Shown one piece after another: positions 31,035-41,536 of a DNA stretch of 64,000 bases. Source of the DNA: Candidatus Aphodoplasma sp. (GTDB lineage Bacteria; Bacillota; Clostridia; UBA1381; UMGS1253); assembly GCA_045541115.1 (NCBI GenBank), contig JAZQIM010000012.1, positions 27,147 through 91,146 on the forward strand. The letters run 5' to 3'. The notes beneath the pieces were generated by a model that was given only the letters and a program-made list of their open reading frames with translations, did no database searches and had not been told where the DNA came from. Both the position numbers and the translations under genes were made by a program. Numbering within the stretch: the first letter of the stretch is position 1; each line of letters begins with the position of its first letter.

Positions 31035-31661
31035 ATGAGCCAGAAAAACGAAAAAGATATGCTTGCATATGAAAATACGCTCTATGAGCAAGGATATAAA
31101 TATATAGCGGGAATCGATGAAGCGGGACGAGGCCCTCTTGCGGGAAGCGTTTATGCGGCGGCGGTAATCTTGCCGCAAGGCTGCATAATAGACGGACTTC
31201 GCGATTCAAAAAAGCTTTCTGAAAAGAAGCGCGAGGAACTGTTTGATATTATTATTAAAGAAGCGCTTGCATACGGAATATGTGCGGTCGACAGCGACAG
31301 AATTGACGAAATAAACATTTTAGAGGCGACATTTGAGGCGATGCGCGGCGCAGTAGACAAGCTCGAAATAAAGCCTGATTTTGTCATGGTTGACGGTAAT
31401 CGCATAAAGGGTTTTGACGATTTTGAGCACGCAACACTTATAGGCGGCGACGATTTGTCACTATCGATTGCAGCCGCATCGGTGCTTGCAAAGGTCAGCC
31501 GTGACAGATATATGGCACAAATGGCAAAAGAGTATCCCGAATACGAATTTGAAAAACATAAGGCGTATGGTACGGCAAGGCATCGCGAACTTATAAAGCA
31601 GTACGGTCCATGTCCAATACACAGAAAGAGCTTTAAAGGCGTAAAGGAGTATGTTAAATGA
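31035..31661 (+). CDS. rnhB: Ribonuclease HII
   Basis: GIDEAGRGPLAG, DSKKL, VDGN, AASVLAKV, HRKSF. Confidence 0.97.
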   Translation: MSQKNEKDMLAYENTLYEQGYKYIAGIDEAGRGPLAGSVYAAAVILPQGCIIDGLRDSKKLSEKKREELFDIIIKEALAYGICAVDSDRIDEINILEATFEAMRGAVDKLEIKPDFVMVDGNRIKGFDDFEHATLIGGDDLSLSIAAASVLAKVSRDRYMAQMAKEYPEYEFEKHKAYGTARHRELIKQYGPCPIHRKSFKGVKEYVK

Positions 31662-32026
31662 CTAATCGTGACGCGGGATTGATGTGTGAGCAGAAGGCAA
31701 GCGAGTATCTTATAAAAAAAGGGATGACGATACTTGAGAGAAATTTTTATTGCCGCGAAGGAGAAATAGACATTGTTGCGCGCGATGGAGAATATATTGT
31801 TTTTGTAGAAGTAAAGGCGCGTAAAAATATGCTTTTTGGAAGCCCTTGCGAAGCCGTTACATACAAAAAGCAACGAAAGATTATTATGGCTGCGCAAATG
31901 TATTTGCAAAAGTCTGATACAGAGAGTGCGCTTCGTTTTGATGTTATAGAAATAATTTATAGCGCATCTAAAGACGATGTAGAAATAAAAAGCATAAATC
32001 ATATAATTTCAGCCTTCGAGGAGTGA
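31658..32026 (+). CDS. yraN: YraN-family endonuclease
   Basis: GEIDIVA, FVEVKAR, RFDVI. Confidence 0.9.
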   Translation: MTNRDAGLMCEQKASEYLIKKGMTILERNFYCREGEIDIVARDGEYIVFVEVKARKNMLFGSPCEAVTYKKQRKIIMAAQMYLQKSDTESALRFDVIEIIYSASKDDVEIKSINHIISAFEE

Positions 32027-32976
32027 TTGCAGTGAAATACAGCTATAAAATAATTGATGCACACTGTGATACGATAGCCGAGATGTATCGCTACGGCGAG
32101 CTTAAGAAAAACAATATGCATCTTGACATAGAAAGAATGATGCTTTATAAAAATTATCTGCAGCTTTTTGCCGTATGGACGGATTCATCGCTTGGTGCCA
32201 TAAAACAAAAAAAGCGTTGCTTTGAAATTATAAAAAGGTTTCACAAGCAGCTTGAAATAAACAATGAAAGCATTATGCATATAAAAAATGCAGACGATAT
32301 AAAAAAATCATGGTCATCGGGTAAAATCGGCGCAATCCTTGGAGTTGAAGGTGCAGACTTCGTTAAAGAACTTTGCGACATTGACGAGTTATATGAAAAT
32401 GGCGTGCGCGCTGTAACGCTTACATGGAACGCATCAAATAAGATTGCGAGTGGTGTAGGCGATGAAAGTGCAGATTTTGGGCTTACAGCCTTTGGAGAAA
32501 AGGTGGTAAAAAGGCTAAACGAACTTGGAATGATTATTGATGTTTCACATATTTCAAAAAGAGCTTTCTGGGACGTGATTTCGCTTACGAAAGTGCCGAT
32601 TAGTGCGACACATTCAAATTCAGCATCGATATGCAATCACATACGAAACTTAAGCGACGAGCAGTTTTTAGCTCTTATAAAAAATGGCGGTGTAGCCGGG
32701 ATAAATTATTATCCGCAGTTTATAAATAAAACAAATGACGCGACAGTAGATGATATAATAAAGCATATAGAGCACTTTTGCTCGCTCGGCGGTGAAAACA
32801 ATATAGGCCTTGGTGGCGACTTTGACGGAATTGAAGTGACACCGTGCGATTTAAGGGGAGTAGAAGAAGTGCACAGGCTTCTTGACCGATTGCTTTCGCT
32901 TAATTACAGTGAAGATGTTGTCGAAAAAATCGCGTATAGAAATTTTTACAACCTGCTTGAAAAAGTTTTAAAGTAG
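32023..32976 (+). CDS. Membrane dipeptidase (M19)
   Basis: DAHCDT, VEG, DVSH, THSN, GGDFDG. Confidence 0.9.
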   Translation: MIAVKYSYKIIDAHCDTIAEMYRYGELKKNNMHLDIERMMLYKNYLQLFAVWTDSSLGAIKQKKRCFEIIKRFHKQLEINNESIMHIKNADDIKKSWSSGKIGAILGVEGADFVKELCDIDELYENGVRAVTLTWNASNKIASGVGDESADFGLTAFGEKVVKRLNELGMIIDVSHISKRAFWDVISLTKVPISATHSNSASICNHIRNLSDEQFLALIKNGGVAGINYYPQFINKTNDATVDDIIKHIEHFCSLGGENNIGLGGDFDGIEVTPCDLRGVEEVHRLLDRLLSLNYSEDVVEKIAYRNFYNLLEKVLK

Positions 32977-32978
32977 TA

Positions 32979-33008
32979 TGAAACAAAACAGGTAAAAATT
33001 ACGTCTAA
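32979..33008 (+). promoter_or_regulatory. ECF-sigma-type promoter
   Basis: TGAAAC-17 bp-CGTCTAA, about 20 bp upstream of the SLH gene start. Confidence 0.5.
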
Positions 33009-33028
33009 AGTGTTAAGAGGTGATACAT

Positions 33029-34333
33029 ATGAAAAAAGCAATATCAATTATACTATTATCAGTTATGATGGTATGCACTATGATAAATCCGTATGCCATG
33101 GCATTTACAGATATTGGCGATGAGTATAATTGGGCAAAGGAATCGATTGAAAGCTTTAGCGAAAAAAAGATTATAGAGGGTAGAGGCGATGGCACGTTTG
33201 ATCCTGATATGAGCGTGACACGCGCCGAATTTGCAAAGATGCTTGCCCTCTCATTCGAACTTGACAGTAAAAAAGAAATTTCATATTCAGATGTTTTAAG
33301 CACAGCGTGGGAGCATAAATATATTTCGATGGCTGACGAGCATACAATTCCTTCAAATATTCTTGATACTAATGTATCAGAAGATAAGTATCTTCCCGGC
33401 AAAAACGCATCAAGACAGGAAATTGCCGCAGCGATTGTGAAAGCTATCGGCATAGTAACGCTTGATGAATATGACTATTTAGAAAGCAATTTTAGTGATA
33501 GCAGCAGGGTAAACGAAAAAATTTACGATCTTGTAAACCAGGCGGCGAAAATGGGACTTATAAAGGGATATGAGGATAATACGCTGCGCCCATCTGACGA
33601 TGTAACGCGTGCAGAGGCAGTTGTGCTTTTAGACCGCGCTGTAAAATATGCACAGGCACAAAAAGAAGATATCCGGGACGAAACGCCCGCTGTTTTGGAC
33701 ATGCCAAAGCAATATGATGACGTTGTAACAGTAGTTGATGTAGTGCAGTCGGTAGTCGACGGCGAGAGTGGTTATCTTCTGTATTATGCTTTTGGTGGCG
33801 TATGCTATGATCAGCCGTTAGAAGTGTCGGGCGATGCTGTTGTGGGCGGCTTGCGAGCGAATGTTTTAGATATATCAAAGGGAGATTTAGTTCTTTTTAG
33901 CTATAATAACCGTAACAAAGTAAATGCAGTAAGGGTGCTTTTTATACCCGGCGCAAACGAACCGTCGCAGACACAAGAGCTTTATGAGATAATAAATCTG
34001 CCGCAAAATATGAATTGGGGTTTTTATGATTCTAATACAAACACACAAATCTATTTTGGGAAGATAAGCGCATTAAAGACAAAAGATAACGGAGTAGTGC
34101 TTACGCTTTCGCACAAGACAGATACCGACCAGACGCTGCTTTTGCCGCATGAAGATGTGCGTGTATCGCTGTACAAGCCGTATGAAAATTCAAGCAAGAA
34201 TAGCTTTAAAAATATCGATGTGCAGGATATAAAGTACGATAAAAACAGTGACGATGCGTATGCGTTTGTGAAGGTAAGAAAAGAAAAGGTTACTGATGTT
34301 ATCGTTATAGATTACAATAAGCAGTACAGATAA
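33029..34333 (+). CDS. S-layer homology (SLH) domain protein
   Basis: Signal peptide; FTDI...W, TRAEFA, GLIKGYED...TRAEA. Confidence 0.88.
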   Translation: MKKAISIILLSVMMVCTMINPYAMAFTDIGDEYNWAKESIESFSEKKIIEGRGDGTFDPDMSVTRAEFAKMLALSFELDSKKEISYSDVLSTAWEHKYISMADEHTIPSNILDTNVSEDKYLPGKNASRQEIAAAIVKAIGIVTLDEYDYLESNFSDSSRVNEKIYDLVNQAAKMGLIKGYEDNTLRPSDDVTRAEAVVLLDRAVKYAQAQKEDIRDETPAVLDMPKQYDDVVTVVDVVQSVVDGESGYLLYYAFGGVCYDQPLEVSGDAVVGGLRANVLDISKGDLVLFSYNNRNKVNAVRVLFIPGANEPSQTQELYEIINLPQNMNWGFYDSNTNTQIYFGKISALKTKDNGVVLTLSHKTDTDQTLLLPHEDVRVSLYKPYENSSKNSFKNIDVQDIKYDKNSDDAYAFVKVRKEKVTDVIVIDYNKQYR

Positions 34334-34335
34334 TA

Positions 34336-34365
34336 AAAAAGGTGTGACTTCTAGTCACACCTTTT
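34336..34365. terminator. Bidirectional terminator
   Basis: AAAAAGGTGTGACT-tct-AGTCACACCTTTT. Confidence 0.88.
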
Positions 34366-34377
34366 AATATGCAATTT

Positions 34378-35451
34378 TTACTCCTGCGCGTTTGCCTTGA
34401 GCTTTTCGCTTTGGTCAGCAGTATTTAGCGCGTTTATAATTTCGTCCAAATCACCGTTTAAAACGGCTTCGAGTCTGTGCAAGGTAAGACCAATGCGATG
34501 GTCTGTCACACGACCCTGCGGGAAATTATACGTTCTTATTCTTTCGCTTCGATCGCCTGTACCGACCTGACTTTTTCTGTTCTGGGCAATTTCGTCATGC
34601 TGCTGCGAACTTATAAGCTCATACAAACGTGAGCGCAGAATTTTCATCGCCTTATCTTTGTTTTTATGCTGCGACTTTTCGTCCTGACACGATACGACAA
34701 GCCCTGTCGGTATGTGCGTAATTCTTACGGCAGAGTCGGTAGTGTTTACACACTGACCGCCAGGTCCACCTGCACGGAATACATCTATTCTTAAATCGTT
34801 TTGATTTATCTCGACTTCAACTTCTTCAACTTCGGGCAAAACGGCAACTGTAACGGTAGATGTGTGTATGCGGCCGCTCGATTCAGTTGAAGGAACTCTT
34901 TGTACACGGTGAACTCCGCTTTCGAATTTCAAGCGGCTGTATGCGCCTTGGCCCATAATCATAAACGATACTTCCTTGTAACCACCGATGTCTGTTTCGT
35001 TTGAGTTCATTATATCGATTTTCCAGTTATTTGCCTCGGCATACATGCTGTACATGCGCATCAGATTTGCAGCAAAGAGAGCCGCTTCATCTCCGCCTGC
35101 ACCACCACGGATTTCGATGATAACGTTTTTGTCATCGTTAGGGTCTTTAGGTAAAAGTAAAATAGTAAGCTCATTTTTGCAGCGTTCGATGTCTTCTTGC
35201 GCCTGGCTAAGCTCTGCACGAAGCATCTGCTCAAAGTCCTTGTCATTATCTTCTTTAAGCATTTCTTCGGCTTCTTCGATAGTTTCAACTGCTTTTTTAT
35301 ATTCGCGGTATTTATCAACTATCGGTGTTATGTCGGAGTGTTCTTTGCAAAGCTTTGTCCATAAAGCATTATCGCTTATAACGTTCGGATCACTGATTTT
35401 TTGGCTGAGCTCATCATATCTTTCTTCGATAAAAGCAAGTTTGTCAAACAT
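34378..35451 (-). CDS. prfA: Peptide chain release factor 1
   Basis: RVPST (PxT), [12 protein letters not shown]. Confidence 0.98.
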   Translation of the reverse strand: MFDKLAFIEERYDELSQKISDPNVISDNALWTKLCKEHSDITPIVDKYREYKKAVETIEEAEEMLKEDNDKDFEQMLRAELSQAQEDIERCKNELTILLLPKDPNDDKNVIIEIRGGAGGDEAALFAANLMRMYSMYAEANNWKIDIMNSNETDIGGYKEVSFMIMGQGAYSRLKFESGVHRVQRVPSTESSGRIHTSTVTVAVLPEVEEVEVEINQNDLRIDVFRAGGPGGQCVNTTDSAVRITHIPTGLVVSCQDEKSQHKNKDKAMKILRSRLYELISSQQHDEIAQNRKSQVGTGDRSERIRTYNFPQGRVTDHRIGLTLHRLEAVLNGDLDEIINALNTADQSEKLKANAQE

Positions 35452-35487
35452 TAAAATTTCCTTTCTGCGCACGCTATGCAGCGCGCC

Positions 35488-36585
35488 TTATATATATTCG
35501 CGCTCTATCGCACTATCAATAAAAATAGGGTTACATTCAAGATATACACTGTCACCTACATTTGCATCGACGTCTGTTATATCGGCAATAATATTAAACA
35601 TACTTATGCGACCGAGCAAACGGCATTTTTTATCGTTTATCGTGACATAGATGCTGCGTGAACCGAAAAACGAACGTAAATCTGCATAAACGTAACGAAG
35701 GATGTCTTTGAATCTGAATGTATCGTTAGTTTTTATTACGCCGAAACCGTCTTTATAGCCGACGGGTATTACTGCAATTTTCGTGTCACGCTTCGTCTTA
35801 TAAGTATTTGCATATCCTATGTTATGACCTTTTGGAAGTGTTTTGATTTCACAAATACAGCTTTCAAGAATAGCAATTCTGTTTAAGCCAAGCGTATCTT
35901 TTACGCATAATCGTCCAAGGAAAGCAGAACCTACGCGGACGGCATTTAAATACATATAATCAAAGCGAATAAAGGCACTCGAATTACATATATGTTTTAT
36001 TTTAAATGAATATCCATTCTTTTCTAAATAAGATACTGTATCATTGAAAAGAGAAAACTGCGTCTGCGAATTTTTCTCATCGCCAAAGGCGTCGGATAAG
36101 TGTGAAAATATTCCTTCGATATCAACACATGTAAGCTGCGAAAGAACATCTTTGATTTTTTCTTTTTCGCTTGCTAAAAAGCCGAAACGACCAAAACCTG
36201 TGTCAAGACACACGTGCGCACGTGCGCGTGTATTTTGCTGCTCGGCTGCAAGATTTAATATAATCGCTGATTCCTCGCTACCAACGGCACAAACAATGCC
36301 GAGTGATACTGCCTGCGATGCATCCGATAAGTCACAAATGGGCGAGAGAAGTATAATCTGCGCCTCGATGCCGCCGTCACGAAGCTGCTTTGCTTCACAA
36401 AACTCGCTTACCGCAAGAGTGTTAACACCGTTTTGCAAAAGGAGTTTTGCAAATTCGCAAATGCCAAGACCATATCCGTTGCCTTTAAGCATCGCGATTA
36501 CATCAGCGCCGCCAAGACGAGCTTTCTCGGTGATTTTTTTAATGTTCTGTACCAGAAGATTCTTCTGCACAAGTAGCTTTTTCAT
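35488..36585 (-). CDS. Divergent alanine-racemase-family protein
   Basis: PLP lysine motif LKGNGYG, DTGFGRFG, IGYANTY, VGYKDG; overlaps fem gene. Confidence 0.85.
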   Translation of the reverse strand: MKKLLVQKNLLVQNIKKITEKARLGGADVIAMLKGNGYGLGICEFAKLLLQNGVNTLAVSEFCEAKQLRDGGIEAQIILLSPICDLSDASQAVSLGIVCAVGSEESAIILNLAAEQQNTRARAHVCLDTGFGRFGFLASEKEKIKDVLSQLTCVDIEGIFSHLSDAFGDEKNSQTQFSLFNDTVSYLEKNGYSFKIKHICNSSAFIRFDYMYLNAVRVGSAFLGRLCVKDTLGLNRIAILESCICEIKTLPKGHNIGYANTYKTKRDTKIAVIPVGYKDGFGVIKTNDTFRFKDILRYVYADLRSFFGSRSIYVTINDKKCRLLGRISMFNIIADITDVDANVGDSVYLECNPIFIDSAIEREYI

Positions 36586-37666
36586 TTGCAGTTTCACGCA
36601 CCTTATCGGGAAGTAAATCCTTATTTTTTCTGAGGAAAAGTCTTCTGCGAAGCTCACGATATGCGCGCTCGCCTTTTTCTATAAAGAAGTACATAAACGG
36701 TTTGAAGACATAGTCGAGTGCGCCGACAAATTCAACGAAATCGCCTGTAAAGCCTTTTTTGAAACGATAAAGTCCGTAGAGCGGTTGACCTTTGTTAAGA
36801 TCGCCCGATACGCCGCGAAAATCATATATATCACAATTGTTTTCGACAGCCCATTTCATCATTTCCCACTGCATCAAGTAGTTTGGCATAAGGTTTCTGT
36901 CTTCGTTACTGCTTGCGCCGTAAAGGTACCAAACTTTGTTGCCGTAAAGGATTGCAACAGCACCTGACAAAAGCTTGTCGCCGTGGTAAATAAGGTATAG
37001 ACGAAGGGCATCTCCCATTTCATCATACATTTTTTCAAAGTATTCAAGTGAGCGCGGAATAAATCCGTCGCGCACGCCTGTGTCCATCATAACCTTGCAA
37101 AAAGCAGGCAAATCCTCTTTCGTTCCGATACGGCATGTAACGCCTTTGCGTATTGCGACACGTACATTATAACGTGTTTTGCTCTCAAAGCTTGCGAGTA
37201 CCTGCTCTTCGTCCATACCGCTCATCGTCTTACGAAAAACGAATCTCGGCTGTACGCCTTCAAAGTTTTTCGATTTATTGAAACGAAAACCTAAATCGGA
37301 CATCATGGAGCAGAATTTCTCGTCGGTTGCTTCAACATCGGGGTCAATCTTTAAAACATAGCTTTTATGTTTTTTTGCAAGCTCTTTTGCACCCTCAACG
37401 AGCTCTTTTATCGTGTCCTTGTCGTATATATCACACACAGGGCCACGCGGAGCATACATAATTGTAAGCGGGAAAATCGGCACTTTTCTGATGAGAAGTG
37501 ACATTGAGCCTTTGATTTTTCCATTTTCATCTTCTGCTATTAGTATTTCGTTTTTCCACATATCCTTCACTTTTGCCCAAGCGAGAGATTGCAGGAAATG
37601 ACCTTTTTTGTTACTCTGTAAAAAGCTTTCGTATTCTTCGTATCTGTCGGGTGTAAGAAGTTTCAT
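36539..37666 (-). CDS. FemX/MurM-family lipid II aminoacyl transferase
   Basis: HFLQSLAW, YAPRGP, QPRF, RYNVR, YLYGAS, YDFRG, GLYRFKKGF. Confidence 0.92.
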   Translation of the reverse strand: MKLLTPDRYEEYESFLQSNKKGHFLQSLAWAKVKDMWKNEILIAEDENGKIKGSMSLLIRKVPIFPLTIMYAPRGPVCDIYDKDTIKELVEGAKELAKKHKSYVLKIDPDVEATDEKFCSMMSDLGFRFNKSKNFEGVQPRFVFRKTMSGMDEEQVLASFESKTRYNVRVAIRKGVTCRIGTKEDLPAFCKVMMDTGVRDGFIPRSLEYFEKMYDEMGDALRLYLIYHGDKLLSGAVAILYGNKVWYLYGASSNEDRNLMPNYLMQWEMMKWAVENNCDIYDFRGVSGDLNKGQPLYGLYRFKKGFTGDFVEFVGALDYVFKPFMYFFIEKGERAYRELRRRLFLRKNKDLLPDKVRETANEKATCAEESSGTEH

Positions 37667-37796
37667 AATTATCTCCAATCCGCTACTTTTATGTAGCATA
37701 ATGCGATTTAATATATTAAAATATCCTTAACATATCTATTTTATAACAAAAACTCTTCTCTGTCAATCTTTGGCAGGCATTTTAGAGCACAATTAT

Positions 37797-38453
37797 TTAT
37801 GAATTTAATTTTTTCTTTTTAAGAATCAGATACAGTAGCGTTACTAATGCAAGAAGCGAGAGTGCAATCAGTAAAATAGGTCTTTGACGGGCTAAAAACT
37901 CTGCACTGTCCGGTACTTGTGTCTGCTCATCTGCACTTTTCTGCGCAGAGTCATCATACACATTAAAATTGTTTATGTATTCGAAAAGTGCCTTGCTGTT
38001 TGATGAGTATTGATGTATAAGATTTGCGCTTTTAAACATCTCGCTTGCACCGTCTGAAACGGCGACGATGTAGGTGGCATCTTTTTTTAGCAGGCTGTTT
38101 GAGATATAAACCTCGCCGAGCACAGAAGAGTCACCCAAGTTTGTGCCAAGCTGCGTTTTTATCTCAAGAGAAGCGCCCGAAATGTGAGGGTATGTCTCGC
38201 TTTTTGATATAAGAGATGAAAGATTATCGTAGAGCACATCGCCGCTTAATTCATAAACGTTTATTTTTTGCGACGAATTAGCCTGGGCATCTGAAACGTC
38301 TGCAACCGTTACAATTGCGATATCGGCGTTTGTGTTTTTTAAAATCATATCTGTCAAAGCATCACCGAAATTTATATCAGATGCATAAGCAGTTTGAAAA
38401 AGCACAAATGTAAAAATCAAAACAACAAATACAGCTCGTCTAATTTTGTTCAT
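37797..38453 (-). CDS. Membrane-anchored protein with 5'-nucleotidase C-terminal-like domain
   Basis: Signal peptide; GDALTDMI...ADIAI, YPHISG; C-terminal TM plus basic tail. Confidence 0.55.
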   Translation of the reverse strand: MNKIRRAVFVVLIFTFVLFQTAYASDINFGDALTDMILKNTNADIAIVTVADVSDAQANSSQKINVYELSGDVLYDNLSSLISKSETYPHISGASLEIKTQLGTNLGDSSVLGEVYISNSLLKKDATYIVAVSDGASEMFKSANLIHQYSSNSKALFEYINNFNVYDDSAQKSADEQTQVPDSAEFLARQRPILLIALSLLALVTLLYLILKKKKLNS

Positions 38454-39192
38454 TGTCATCATCTCCCATACATTCTCCCGAAAGGTACTCGATAACGCGT
38501 TTTGGCGCGTCTTTTGCGCTTCCCCAGGGCATATCTTTGTTTCTGTAGTCAAACTTTAGTGTAAACTTATGAATATCTTCATTAAGAGAAGATAAAAGCG
38601 CATCTTCCTTTTTTATAAGTGATGAGATAAAAGTATTAAAATCGGAAGATGAAAGGTAGCGCTCGCCTTCATTTGTGAGCATGCCGTAATGCATAAGACA
38701 TATCGAATTGCACTTATCAAATTTTTCTTTAAATTCCGGCTCATTTTTCCACATATAGAAAAAAACATCGATATATCTTTCCATAGTATGCTCAATATTT
38801 TTGCATATGGCGCAGCTTCTAATGTTTGTATCAATTAGAGATGATAAAACGGCTGCGTGATTTGTCTTATTTTTCTTAAACAATGGAGATTTTTTCTTAC
38901 TATCGCCAATGCACGATGCAGAAGCATTTATTTTGCTGCGCAAAGTCTGAAGATGCGTGTCTAATATGAGCGCAAGGCTTAATTTATTTGATGAGTTAAA
39001 AAGCATTTTAAGATGCCGCGGGCAAAAGCCGAGAGTGTTTGTAATTTCTCTGGCATCGCTTTCCATCATCGATGCACCAAGCGTATATGAAACGCGCTGT
39101 GTTTCGAGTTTATGCATAAGCTGACAAAACGGACAAGAGCACGCATTGTCAAAAGCTTCATTTACGGGTATAGTATATATTTTTTCCTTCAT
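38440..39192 (-). CDS. DUF6062-type protein
   Basis: MKEKIYTIPVNEAF, CPFC, GFCPRH, CxxC, KFDYRN. Confidence 0.8.
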   Translation of the reverse strand: MKEKIYTIPVNEAFDNACSCPFCQLMHKLETQRVSYTLGASMMESDAREITNTLGFCPRHLKMLFNSSNKLSLALILDTHLQTLRSKINASASCIGDSKKKSPLFKKNKTNHAAVLSSLIDTNIRSCAICKNIEHTMERYIDVFFYMWKNEPEFKEKFDKCNSICLMHYGMLTNEGERYLSSSDFNTFISSLIKKEDALLSSLNEDIHKFTLKFDYRNKDMPWGSAKDAPKRVIEYLSGECMGDDDNEQN

Positions 39193-39282
39193 CGTGATAA
39201 ATTCCTTTCAAAGATGAATTTATATAATCTACTTTGCATTATATCACATTATATGTTATAATAAAAGTAATTTTTTTGGCAG

Positions 39283-40161
39283 GTGATAAAAATGAGAGCG
39301 AGAGCAGTGGGCGCAGATATAATAATTGAAGATTGCAGCGAATTTGATATTGTTCATACTTTTGAATGCGGACAGTGCTTTCGCTGGAACGGATGCGAAG
39401 ATAAAACGTATGAGGGAGTGCACGGCAAAAGCGCACTAAAAATTGGACAGAGCGGCGACAGAATAACGCTTTATGACACTACCATTGATGAGTATGAAAA
39501 TGTGTGGAAAAAATATTTTGACATAGACCGCGATTATGCAAAGCTTCAAAGAGAATTATCCTGTAATGACGATGTGCTTGATAGCGCGATAAAACAAGGA
39601 CGCGGAATTCGAATCCTATTACAAGATGCTTTTGAAACAATTATTTCATTTATCATATCGGCAAACAACAATATTCCCCGCATAAAGCTCATAATCGAAA
39701 GGCTTTGCGAAACATATGGCGAAAAAATAGATGCGTACGGAAGGACTTTTTACACTTTTCCGAGCGCCAAGACTCTTTCGCAGCTTACGAGAGAGGATTT
39801 GGCGCCTATAAAGGCGGGTTTTCGTGACAAGTATATTTTAGATGCGGCAAAGAAGGTGTATAGCGGCGAAGTAGACATAGAGAAAATCTATGGCATGGAA
39901 TATGAAGACGCCAAAAATGAGCTTAAAAAAATAAAAGGCGTAGGAGAAAAGGTCGCAAACTGTATTTTGCTTTTTGGATTTGGAAAACAAAATGCCTTTC
40001 CTGTTGATGTGTGGGTAAAAAGAATCCTTGAGCATTATTACGCAGATAGGTATGATATAAGCGATGCAAATGAATTTGCAAAAAGACAATTCGGCTCGCT
40101 TGGTGGCTTTGCGCAGCAGTATCTTTTTTACTATGCGCGCCAAAACAAGATAGCCAAATAA
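39283..40161 (+). CDS. 8-oxoguanine DNA glycosylase (Ogg, HhH-GPD)
   Basis: CGQCFRW, SANNNIPRI, KGVGEKVANC, FPVDVWV, QQYLF. Confidence 0.9.
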   Translation: MIKMRARAVGADIIIEDCSEFDIVHTFECGQCFRWNGCEDKTYEGVHGKSALKIGQSGDRITLYDTTIDEYENVWKKYFDIDRDYAKLQRELSCNDDVLDSAIKQGRGIRILLQDAFETIISFIISANNNIPRIKLIIERLCETYGEKIDAYGRTFYTFPSAKTLSQLTREDLAPIKAGFRDKYILDAAKKVYSGEVDIEKIYGMEYEDAKNELKKIKGVGEKVANCILLFGFGKQNAFPVDVWVKRILEHYYADRYDISDANEFAKRQFGSLGGFAQQYLFYYARQNKIAK

Positions 40162-40275
40162 TTTATGCAACAATTTTGTTGATTTTTTAGATAATATACT
40201 ATATAATGTTAATAATGCAAAATGTGGGTTTTTGTGCCTGCACGATAAATAATAAAAATTTGGAGTGAATAACTA

Positions 40276-41496
40276 ATGGAAAATGTTTTTGATGTACTTA
40301 AAGCGCGCGGACTTATAGCACAGACGACACATGAAAAGGAAATCCGCGATATTCTCGGTTCGGAAAAAATTACTTTTTATATAGGCTTTGACCCGACTGC
40401 AGACAGCCTTCATATAGGCCATTTCATGCAGCTTATCGTAATGAAACATATGCAAAACGCGGGACATCGCCCGATTATTCTGCTTGGCGGCGGAACAACA
40501 ATGGTAGGTGACCCGACAGGCAAAACAGACATGCGTCCTATGATTACGCAGGAAACAATACAAAAAAACGCCGACAATTTTAAAGTGCAGATGTCAAAGT
40601 TTATTGACTTTAGCGATGGTAAGGCGATTATGGTAAATAACGCCGACTGGCTGTTAGATCTTAACTACATTGACTTTTTGCGCGAGGTAGGCGTTCATTT
40701 TTCTGTAAATCGTATGCTTAGCGCAGAGTGCTTTAAGACGAGAATGGAAAAAGGACTGACATTTCTTGAGTTTAACTATATGTTAATGCAGGGTTATGAC
40801 TTTTATAAGCTCCACAAAGAATACAACTGTAAAATGGAGTTTGGCGGCGATGACCAGTGGGCAAACATACTTGGCGGAATTGAGCTTATACGCCGCAAAG
40901 ATAGCGAGCAGGCATACGGCATGACATTTACACTTCTTACAACATCTGAAGGTAAAAAGATGGGTAAGACGGAAAAAGGTGCACTATGGCTTGATCCCGA
41001 GAAAGTATCGCCGTATGAGTTTTATCAGTACTGGAGAAACGTTGATGATAAAGACGTTATACGCCTCTTAAAGCTTGTTACATTCTTGCCGCTTGAAGAG
41101 ATTGCCGAATATGAAAAGCTCGAAGGTCAGGATATAAATAAGGCAAAGTGTGTACTTGCATATGAAGTTACAAAGATGGTACACGGCGTCGAGGAGGCCG
41201 AAAAGGCAAACGCTGCAGCGATGGCAATTTTCAGCGGAGCAGATACGGCTAATATGCCGTCTTCGACTGTAAGTGAAAGCGAAATCGGCGAGTCGATAAA
41301 TGTACTTGATCTACTTTTGAAAGTATCTTTGATTCCGTCAAAAGCGGAGGGCCGCAGACTAATCGTTCAGGGCGGACTCTCGATTGATGGAGAGAAGATA
41401 GGTGATGTATCGTATGAAATTCCTGTTGAAAAGCTCCAAGGCGACGGCATCGTGATAAAGAAAGGCAAAAAGGTATTTCATAAGGTTTCCTTTTAA
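40276..41496 (+). CDS. tyrS: Tyrosine--tRNA ligase
   Basis: [25 protein letters not shown]-terminal S4 domain. Confidence 0.98.
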   Translation: MENVFDVLKARGLIAQTTHEKEIRDILGSEKITFYIGFDPTADSLHIGHFMQLIVMKHMQNAGHRPIILLGGGTTMVGDPTGKTDMRPMITQETIQKNADNFKVQMSKFIDFSDGKAIMVNNADWLLDLNYIDFLREVGVHFSVNRMLSAECFKTRMEKGLTFLEFNYMLMQGYDFYKLHKEYNCKMEFGGDDQWANILGGIELIRRKDSEQAYGMTFTLLTTSEGKKMGKTEKGALWLDPEKVSPYEFYQYWRNVDDKDVIRLLKLVTFLPLEEIAEYEKLEGQDINKAKCVLAYEVTKMVHGVEEAEKANAAAMAIFSGADTANMPSSTVSESEIGESINVLDLLLKVSLIPSKAEGRRLIVQGGLSIDGEKIGDVSYEIPVEKLQGDGIVIKKGKKVFHKVSF

Positions 41497-41536
41497 TGAT
41501 TAACGCTTTTATATAAGCTGTGTAACGGAGGGTAAC

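Noticed and set aside
31151-32002. Long antisense ORFs (also 10982-11653, 34988-35650, 44847-45461, 46117-46767)
   Set aside because: They mirror well-supported genes on the other strand and have no RBS or motifs.
35488-37666. van-type glycopeptide resistance cluster (VanT/VanK-like)
   Set aside because: No D-Ala-D-X ligase, vanRS, vanX/Y or VanT membrane domain nearby.
40162-40275. T-box leader for tyrS
   Set aside because: The gap is only 114 bp including the promoter; no GGTGGnACC T-box motif.
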